Shown piece after piece: positions 28,532 to 34,131 of a DNA stretch of 34,131 nucleotides (position 1 is the stretch's first letter; the number at the start of each line of letters is the position of its first letter). The translations under genes and the position numbers were made by a program. Source of the stretch: a virus. The stretch covers positions 1 through 34,131 of IMG/VR virus record IMGVR_UViG_3300032331_000926. One strand, written 5' to 3'. The notes under the pieces were generated by a model. That model was not told the DNA's origin, ran no database searches, and saw only the letters and a list, made by a program, of their open reading frames with translations.

Positions 28532-30507
28532 TAGAACCTCGCTCTTAGTTCGTGTTCAAATTCAAAACCATTGACTACAAATCCAGGTGTATTTGATGTC
28601 ATGGTTTGACCCAAGTATTTACCCCATTGCTCTGCATCAGTCTTAAATAATGTGTAACCAGAAAAAATCCAAGGAATTGTTGCGCTTGAATTGTTTGTCC
28701 ATGTCAACGTAGTTCCTGATGCGTTGTACCATGAAGCATAGTTAACCAATGTGTAGGTTGGACTGCTACCTACTTCACTATCGACTGTTGCATAAATTGT
28801 TGCGCCAATCGGCATCGTTGCTTCAATGCCAATTTTAAGTGCTTGCTTGTCCCGTATTGGATCGCCCATGGGCATCAGAGCCGTCTGTATAGTGCTTGCA
28901 GTATTGGCTGTGCTGTTGCCGTATAGCTTGTACAAGGCGTTACTGTCCACGCCGTACAAGGTAATCAAGCCGCCCACCGGGACGGAAGTGACATAGTTGA
29001 GTGTGTTGCCTTGGCTGGTAAAAAACCATTTCTTTTCAAAGAACACAGCCTGGACGTACCGAGAGCCGCCGTAGTAGCTTTGTTTGAAGTTGAATGCCGC
29101 GCACAAAATGTTGTTGATGAGAACCTGCCCAGCCGTGATTGGGTAGGTGAAATCAATGGTCGTGAACACGCCATCCAGTGCATCGGACAGCTTGCTGGTA
29201 GTCGAACCAACCAGGGCATACACTCCGTAATCGTTCAAGAACAGCACGGAACGGAAGTACGGGAAGATTGTGTCTTTGCGCTTGGAGCCTACCGAGGCGC
29301 TGACGTTGGTGTTGGTGAACAGCGTCAGGCCGGCAGTTGTTACCCGGACATCCGAGAACACGTTGATGCTGTCATCACCAAAGATGTACAGAAAGTTGTT
29401 AGCAGACAGAATCTGCTGAATGTTGCCGTGCAGCGTAGAGTCTGTCAGCAGGATGTTGCCAGCCGAGATGCTGGTGAAGTCGCTGTACGAGCCGGCTGCG
29501 GAGTAGGCTACCGTTCGTCCATAAGCCACCCAAACTCGACCAGAGAACGAGGAAATTCCTACGTTGTCGTTGCTGTTGATGACAGCCTTGGCAGTCGCGT
29601 TGTTTCCGCCACCGCCGGTAATGGTTACTGTGATGTTGGAAGAGTTGGTGTAGCCCGATCCTGGATTAACCATCAGAACCTGGGTAAGTTGACCGCCAGA
29701 CAATACTGGCTGTGCCGTGGCGTTCGCTCCGCCGCCTCCAGCAATCGTGACTACCGTGTTGGACACGTTGGTGTAACCGCTGCCACCATTGGTCACTAAG
29801 ACGCTGACCGTACCTTTTTTAAAAGTCACAATGCCTGCAACCGCATTGGCTCCCGTGCCACCGCCCCCGGACAAGGTAACAGTTGGGGCTACGGTGTAGC
29901 CTGTTCCAGCCTCTGACACGGTAATCGTCGTGACCGCGCCACCAGAGATGGTTGCTGCGGCAAGCGCCTGAACACCATTGGCGTTGTTTGGGGCGCTGAT
30001 AGTTACCGTAGGGATGGCAGTGTAGCCAGAGCCGCCTGCAATGACCGCAATCGAGCCAACAGACCCAACAAAAACTAAATTTGTACCATCCCAAGTGTAA
30101 TAGCCGTTGGACGGATCAAGGATAAGAGCGCGTTCGTCTTTCCACTGCCCGACTTCTACGCCAATCGCAGAGAATGTTCCGGCAGCAGCTACTGTGCCTT
30201 TGGCAGCGTCTGTGACGTTAAAGAATTCGCACCGTCCATCAGCCTGGAACGCAAGGATGTAGTCCTTGTTGTTGATGGAGCAGGAAAACAGGCCGGAAAC
30301 GGTGTTGGTAAAGGTGACTGCCGTATTGCCGGAGTCAACCACCGTGCTGCGGTTGTTGATGATCTTGATGTTGGCAAAGCCAATCGGCTGGGCGTTCTCA
30401 ATCCAGGCGAATTCCGTCTGGTCGATAGCCGTCCGGTTGGCCTTGGTATTGACCCCCTTGAACTCCTTGATGACCTGATAGGATTTTTTTTGCTCGGCAG
30501 CAGCCAT
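28531..30507 (-). CDS. Tail/nozzle protein (658 aa) with four GSGYT repeats
   Basis: Large beta-rich protein downstream of the adaptor-like gene, in the position of podovirus tail tubular protein B. Residues ~157-312 carry four ~40-aa G(S/T)GYT...TVT..GGGG units. Confidence 0.55.
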   Translation of the reverse strand: MAAAEQKKSYQVIKEFKGVNTKANRTAIDQTEFAWIENAQPIGFANIKIINNRSTVVDSGNTAVTFTNTVSGLFSCSINNKDYILAFQADGRCEFFNVTDAAKGTVAAAGTFSAIGVEVGQWKDERALILDPSNGYYTWDGTNLVFVGSVGSIAVIAGGSGYTAIPTVTISAPNNANGVQALAAATISGGAVTTITVSEAGTGYTVAPTVTLSGGGGTGANAVAGIVTFKKGTVSVLVTNGGSGYTNVSNTVVTIAGGGGANATAQPVLSGGQLTQVLMVNPGSGYTNSSNITVTITGGGGNNATAKAVINSNDNVGISSFSGRVWVAYGRTVAYSAAGSYSDFTSISAGNILLTDSTLHGNIQQILSANNFLYIFGDDSINVFSDVRVTTAGLTLFTNTNVSASVGSKRKDTIFPYFRSVLFLNDYGVYALVGSTTSKLSDALDGVFTTIDFTYPITAGQVLINNILCAAFNFKQSYYGGSRYVQAVFFEKKWFFTSQGNTLNYVTSVPVGGLITLYGVDSNALYKLYGNSTANTASTIQTALMPMGDPIRDKQALKIGIEATMPIGATIYATVDSEVGSSPTYTLVNYASWYNASGTTLTWTNNSSATIPWIFSGYTLFKTDAEQWGKYLGQTMTSNTPGFVVNGFEFEHELRARF

Positions 30508-30508
30508 A

Positions 30509-31150
30509 TCAGTACGGAGTCGAGTAAGGGTTGGGCATCCTTCTAGTGTACGTTGTCGCTAGGACAGATTGTGCCTGTAGCTGATATTGCTGCTTGAAAA
30601 TCTCAGCTTCGCCATAAGATTGTTCTTTGAACTTGGCCTTGTAACAAGCATAGAACGCCACCGGGGTAGTCCACGGGTCAGGTATCTGGTCTACTTCCGT
30701 TCCGCTTACTAAAGCGGTCGGGAGGATGACCGTATCGCATTCCATCGTGTACGTTTGATCTGGAACCGGGCCAATGTATAGGCTGGTCGGCCCGTACATG
30801 GAGAAGGCAATCGGTTGACCAACGTAATTCTGCCAGTAACGCAGTTGCGCGTTGAATTGCGTCCAGGGCAAGTAACGCATTGGAACGCGAGTGTTTCCCC
30901 AGTACAGATTGATGTTCAACACATCCATGGTCTGCATTGCTTCTGGAAAGTCAGTCAGAAAGGTATAGACCTCTTGACTTGTAATTGCCGTGACTGTCTG
31001 TATTTGCCTGAGACAGCCGGTATCTCTGACTAGACGCTGACGAGCGTCATTAATGTAGTCAGTCAGTTCATTGTCAGAATAGAAGTTGCCATTAGCATCA
31101 TGGAGCAACCTGCGACATTCTGTAATGTAGCCCGAAAGAGTTTGTGACAT
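30509..31150 (-). CDS. Head-tail adaptor / tail tubular A-like protein (213 aa)
   Basis: Mainly positional (between the capsid block and the nozzle). N-terminal ...[22 protein letters not shown] resembles connector/adaptor proteins. Confidence 0.45.
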   Translation of the reverse strand: MSQTLSGYITECRRLLHDANGNFYSDNELTDYINDARQRLVRDTGCLRQIQTVTAITSQEVYTFLTDFPEAMQTMDVLNINLYWGNTRVPMRYLPWTQFNAQLRYWQNYVGQPIAFSMYGPTSLYIGPVPDQTYTMECDTVILPTALVSGTEVDQIPDPWTTPVAFYACYKAKFKEQSYGEAEIFKQQYQLQAQSVLATTYTRRMPNPYSTPY

Positions 31151-31160
31151 CTGTATCCCA

Positions 31161-31499
31161 TTATGCAGTCAAGGATAGGAGTTTTCCCCCTGCCCGCTTT
31201 GCAACGGGAAGGGGTACTTGTTCCACCACCGGGGATAAGAAGTGGTCTTTTTGCGGCGCTTCCTCGGTGATGACAAAATTCGCCAGCTTTTTCAATCCAT
31301 CAGGAATTTCATTGCTGGTCAAACAAAGCCCGAGGGGTGCCAAATACGGTTCCTTGTTATTGTCACCGTATCCGAGTATGTGACGCGCTGCCTCTATCGG
31401 TATTTCAACAGTTTCATTTGTTGGGAACGAAACGTCTTTGCCGCGATAGTCAACGACAAGAGGTTTGAAATTCTTGTTTGTCACATAGACGGTTGTCAT
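31161..31499 (-). CDS. Hypothetical protein, 112 aa
   Basis: The start is moved to ATG 31499 (TAATG overlap with the upstream gene). The track start at 31538 lies inside that gene. Confidence 0.5.
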   Translation of the reverse strand: MTTVYVTNKNFKPLVVDYRGKDVSFPTNETVEIPIEAARHILGYGDNNKEPYLAPLGLCLTSNEIPDGLKKLANFVITEEAPQKDHFLSPVVEQVPLPVAKRAGGKLLSLTA

Positions 31500-31906
31500 T
31501 ACAGAGTCACCACATCGCCAAATACGGATATATCGCAAGTGCCAGCAACGGCAGTATTGACTTTTACAAACAGAGCACTGGCAGTGTAGGTGCTAGTTGC
31601 AGTACCTGCTGCCAGTGTCATGTCTTGGAAAGTAGTGTTGCTGGTCACATTCGACAGCAGGACGTTTCCAGTTACCGCATTCGACACGTTACCGTCCGAG
31701 GAGGTCAGGATCGTGACGTTTGCAGTATTGATGGTTGCGTTTGCGTTCATCACCGTGATTTGGCGAATGATGTATTGCGTACCACCCAGAATAGCAATAG
31801 TTGCTACCGCATTTCCAGTAGCAGCCAAAGACACGGTTTGGGTTTCGCCCACAGCGTATCGGCTAAATTTATCCGGGTAATTTGCGCCTACATGATTCGC
31901 TATCAT
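31499..31906 (-). CDS. Beta-rich small protein (135 aa), possible capsid decoration/fibre, distant member of the TPGxGL family
   Basis: Thr/Asn/Val/Ala-rich. GGTQYIIRQITVMNAN and the C-terminal ALFVKVNTAVAGTCDISVFGDVVTL loosely parallel the 113/109-aa paralogs. Confidence 0.5.
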   Translation of the reverse strand: MIANHVGANYPDKFSRYAVGETQTVSLAATGNAVATIAILGGTQYIIRQITVMNANATINTANVTILTSSDGNVSNAVTGNVLLSNVTSNTTFQDMTLAAGTATSTYTASALFVKVNTAVAGTCDISVFGDVVTL

Positions 31907-31915
31907 GGTGACTCC

Positions 31916-32242
31916 TTATGTGTTGTAAGTACCAGTGGAGTCTTGACCGCCGTTGATGGTCACCAGAGTTGCGGTGGTGTTGGCGTTGACTGCTTTTGCA
32001 GCTACGTTAGTACCGTCCGAAACAAAGAAACCGCCAGTGTTGTTGGCAATCAAAGTACCCCATGCAGCGCCACTGTACATAACAACGCTAACGTTGGCTT
32101 GTGCATTCATCATATATGCACCAGCAGTAATCACGGTTCCGTTGCCGGTCGTGACTGCCGCAACCGTAGTGGTTTGCAGATAAGCTGAAGCGGTGTTGGT
32201 TGTAGTATTTGCAACCAGAATTTTATTGAGTGCAAGTGCCAT
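31916..32242 (-). CDS. Beta-rich small protein (108 aa) immediately after the capsid gene
   Basis: Thr/Asn/Ala/Val-rich with no charged clusters. Its position suggests a decoration or minor capsid protein. Confidence 0.5.
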   Translation of the reverse strand: MALALNKILVANTTTNTASAYLQTTTVAAVTTGNGTVITAGAYMMNAQANVSVVMYSGAAWGTLIANNTGGFFVSDGTNVAAKAVNANTTATLVTINGGQDSTGTYNT

Positions 32243-32254
32243 GGCTTTTTCTCC

Positions 32255-33268
32255 TTATAGCGTGAGTGAGTTATAGCCGGTCACTTGGGTCATTGACTTG
32301 GGCTTGGTGTTTACCAATTCGGCAATCATCAAGACCGCGCCAACGTAACCAATCTGCCAGTTCGGGAGGGTGGACTCAAAGCCCGTGAACACAAACGAAC
32401 CTTGGTCGTGGATGTACAACGACAGGTAGTTGGTGTTAATCAGGTAGAGTTTACCTTCCGGGCAGTACGGATCGGGATAGATTGGAACGCCAGCAACCAT
32501 CAAGGCGCGGAACGCAGCCTGCGGGCCGTTGGAATCACTATCAAATCCGCTGCCTGGGGTGATGACGTATTGCTCTTGACCCACATAATCTTGAGCCAGC
32601 AGAGTCCAAGTACCAAAGCCGCACACGCCGAACGATGGCATTTCTGCGCCGTTCTTGACCGTGCCGCTAATGTACTGGAGTACGTTCTGACGAGTCGGGT
32701 TGACCGAGCCGGCAGCGTACTGTTTGGACTGCCACCAGGTGTAGGTAGAACGGTCGATGTTGCCGTAGTTACCAGCAGCAGGGTTGCTAGAAGAAATAGC
32801 CCCTGGCAGACCGATAAACTGCTGCGTGTTCGTGGTGTTGTTGTACAGAGCCGTAGCCATTGCGTCCATCATTACGTTGGTCGCATCGTTCATACGGGCT
32901 TCGATCAACGGGATTACCGCATGATCTTGCTGCACAGCACCTTCCATTCCGAGGAACGGAACGGGCGCAATCATCAGCTTGAGGTTGAATTCAGCGTTGT
33001 ACGCGCCTTGCTGAACGCTAGGCTGTGCAAACGATCCGCTGTAGTCAGACCACTGAGCATTGACAAACTGCGCTCCCTGGACGGGAACGGTGACAGATGA
33101 CACACCACCGGAAGCCTGCTGACTGTTTGCAATCAGTGCCGCCATGAGGGGAGTCGAGTTGTAAAGCTGGACAACCAGTTTCGGGATAAACGCACGCCGA
33201 GTGACATAAGTCAGTTCGGTGTACTGGGTAGAACCCGAAGCCGGAAGAATACCGCCGCCGATAGGCAT
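32255..33268 (-). CDS. Major capsid protein (putative, HK97-fold type)
   Basis: 337 aa, directly downstream of the scaffold-like gene, with a strong GGAG SD. Size, position and composition fit a podovirus major capsid protein. No search was run. Confidence 0.72.
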   Translation of the reverse strand: MPIGGGILPASGSTQYTELTYVTRRAFIPKLVVQLYNSTPLMAALIANSQQASGGVSSVTVPVQGAQFVNAQWSDYSGSFAQPSVQQGAYNAEFNLKLMIAPVPFLGMEGAVQQDHAVIPLIEARMNDATNVMMDAMATALYNNTTNTQQFIGLPGAISSSNPAAGNYGNIDRSTYTWWQSKQYAAGSVNPTRQNVLQYISGTVKNGAEMPSFGVCGFGTWTLLAQDYVGQEQYVITPGSGFDSDSNGPQAAFRALMVAGVPIYPDPYCPEGKLYLINTNYLSLYIHDQGSFVFTGFESTLPNWQIGYVGAVLMIAELVNTKPKSMTQVTGYNSLTL

Positions 33269-33305
33269 GGTTCATCTCCGAATTAAAAATATCCCCTGAT
33301 ACTAC

Positions 33306-33836
33306 TTAAATCCCGATGGGCCGCGAAGTTTTCCGCAACTCAGCGAGTGCTTTGGATGCTTCATCCCGTGCACCTTGCACAGGATTCTTCCAATACTTAC
33401 CCAGATCAAACTTGGTCATAGGATTTGGGTTGTAGCCAGACGGAGTAGGTTGAGCAGACTGCTTCATCCAACTCCAGTATTCGGCTGCTGTTTTGTGGTC
33501 GGTCATGCCTTTTTCTAGCATGAGTTTTTCTACTTCAGCAACGTCATCGTCATTATTCACAAGCCCATTCATCTTGAGCCTAGAACGGCGCTTCTCCAGT
33601 TCTTCCATGGCTTCTTTCTCTTGCCACTTAGAACGAAGTTCCTGATTTTCCCTACGCATCAATTCGATGGCGCTGTCGGTCTTGTCCTCAATATCCAATT
33701 CGGGGATGGTCATCTCCGGCTTGTGTCTTTTGGTCAGACGCAAAAATTCCTTGCGCGTTGCAGGATTCTCAGACAGTTGACGAGCCAGCAATGCCAGTTC
33801 GTCACGCGCTTCCATACTCAGATCTTCAAGGCTCAT
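33306..33836 (-). CDS. Scaffolding protein (putative)
   Basis: 176 aa, highly charged and helical (E/K/R/L-rich), immediately upstream of the capsid gene. Confidence 0.6.
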   Translation of the reverse strand: MSLEDLSMEARDELALLARQLSENPATRKEFLRLTKRHKPEMTIPELDIEDKTDSAIELMRRENQELRSKWQEKEAMEELEKRRSRLKMNGLVNNDDDVAEVEKLMLEKGMTDHKTAAEYWSWMKQSAQPTPSGYNPNPMTKFDLGKYWKNPVQGARDEASKALAELRKTSRPIGI

Positions 33837-33855
33837 CTTTTATCCCCTTTGATAG

Positions 33856-34047
33856 TTAGATGACTTTACGGCCAGTTTTGGCACTGGGTTGCTTTTCCAA
33901 GGTCATTTGATTCTTGGAATACTTGCCAGGGCCACTCAGACCGCCGGTTGCCGCATAGCGCGGCGGGTTGGTGATTTGACCATTTTGTTGGTTCTGGTCG
34001 GTCGGGCGGCGCGGTTGTGACGCACCACGGGGTTTAAACAAGTCCAT
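33856..34047 (-). CDS. Hypothetical basic Gln/Pro/Gly-rich protein (63 aa)
   Basis: AAGGAG lies 5 nt upstream of the ATG. Its start lies inside the terminal repeat (34047 = position 39). Confidence 0.5.
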   Translation of the reverse strand: MDLFKPRGASQPRRPTDQNQQNGQITNPPRYAATGGLSGPGKYSKNQMTLEKQPSAKTGRKVI

Positions 34048-34131
34048 GATTACTCCTTACATTGCGGGGGGTTGAGGTGCGCCACCAGGAGCCATTCCCG
34101 GTATAGCGGGTGCTGCTGCCATTGCCTTGCC
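34009..34131. repeat. Right copy of the 123-bp direct terminal repeat
   Basis: Identical to 1-123. It duplicates the 5' end of the 63-aa gene (start 34047 = position 39) and the 3' end of the 157-aa gene (49..123 = 34057..34131). Confidence 0.95.

Noticed and set aside
1-34131. tRNA, tmRNA or rRNA genes
   Set aside because: I scanned the non-coding gaps on both strands by eye for T-loop-like GGTTCRAnnCC and cloverleaf arms and found none. A tRNAscan-SE/ARAGORN run would be the decisive check.
1-34131. Lysogeny module, DGR, retron or other reverse-transcriptase-based system
   Set aside because: No ORF has integrase/recombinase, CI-like repressor or reverse-transcriptase motifs. The internal repeats in the fibre genes are in-frame protein duplications, not template/variable repeat pairs.

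Overview
The window is one complete tailed-phage genome. Bases 1-123 recur exactly at 34009-34131, so the unique unit is 34,008 bp (direct terminal repeat or circular-assembly overlap). Two divergent arms leave a 573-bp AT-rich control region (7115-7687).

The rightward (+) early arm, 7688-16044, encodes small acidic and zinc-ribbon proteins, a Cys-rich GP88-like protein, a YqaJ-type exonuclease with a RecT-like annealing protein, a small HTH protein, two tandem mini SSB-like paralogs, a GT-A glycosyltransferase, a PD-(D/E)xK resolvase-like nuclease and a lipoprotein.

The leftward (-) arm runs 7114 -> 1 and continues through the repeat from 34047 -> 16045. It encodes a GT2 glycosyltransferase, large terminase, SAM methyltransferase, portal, scaffold, major capsid, adaptor/nozzle and fibre proteins, large internal/ejection-type proteins, holin-type membrane proteins, an M15 endolysin and two tiny basic proteins.

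Genes are tightly packed, with many ATGA/TAATG/GTGA start-stop overlaps. I recognised no integrase, DNA or RNA polymerase, primase, helicase, tRNA, CRISPR array or reverse transcriptase.

The signals the gene list does not explain are:
- Two interleaved long RNA helices plus a U-tract in a 454-nt non-coding gap (10054-10507).
- Duplicated micro-ORFs for 12-13-aa polycationic peptides, each with its own AGGAG and GNRA hairpin, between the portal and capsid-assembly genes (577-845).
- Repeat arrays and palindromes in the control region.
- A mini SSB-like pair, one copy carrying a bacterial-SSB-like acidic ...PF tail.
- A minus-sense terminator buried in the plus-sense arm.
- A dispersed family of small beta-rich paralogs ending in TPG(E/D)GL.

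All functional calls come from reading motifs by eye and from memory of protein families. No search or folding program was run.
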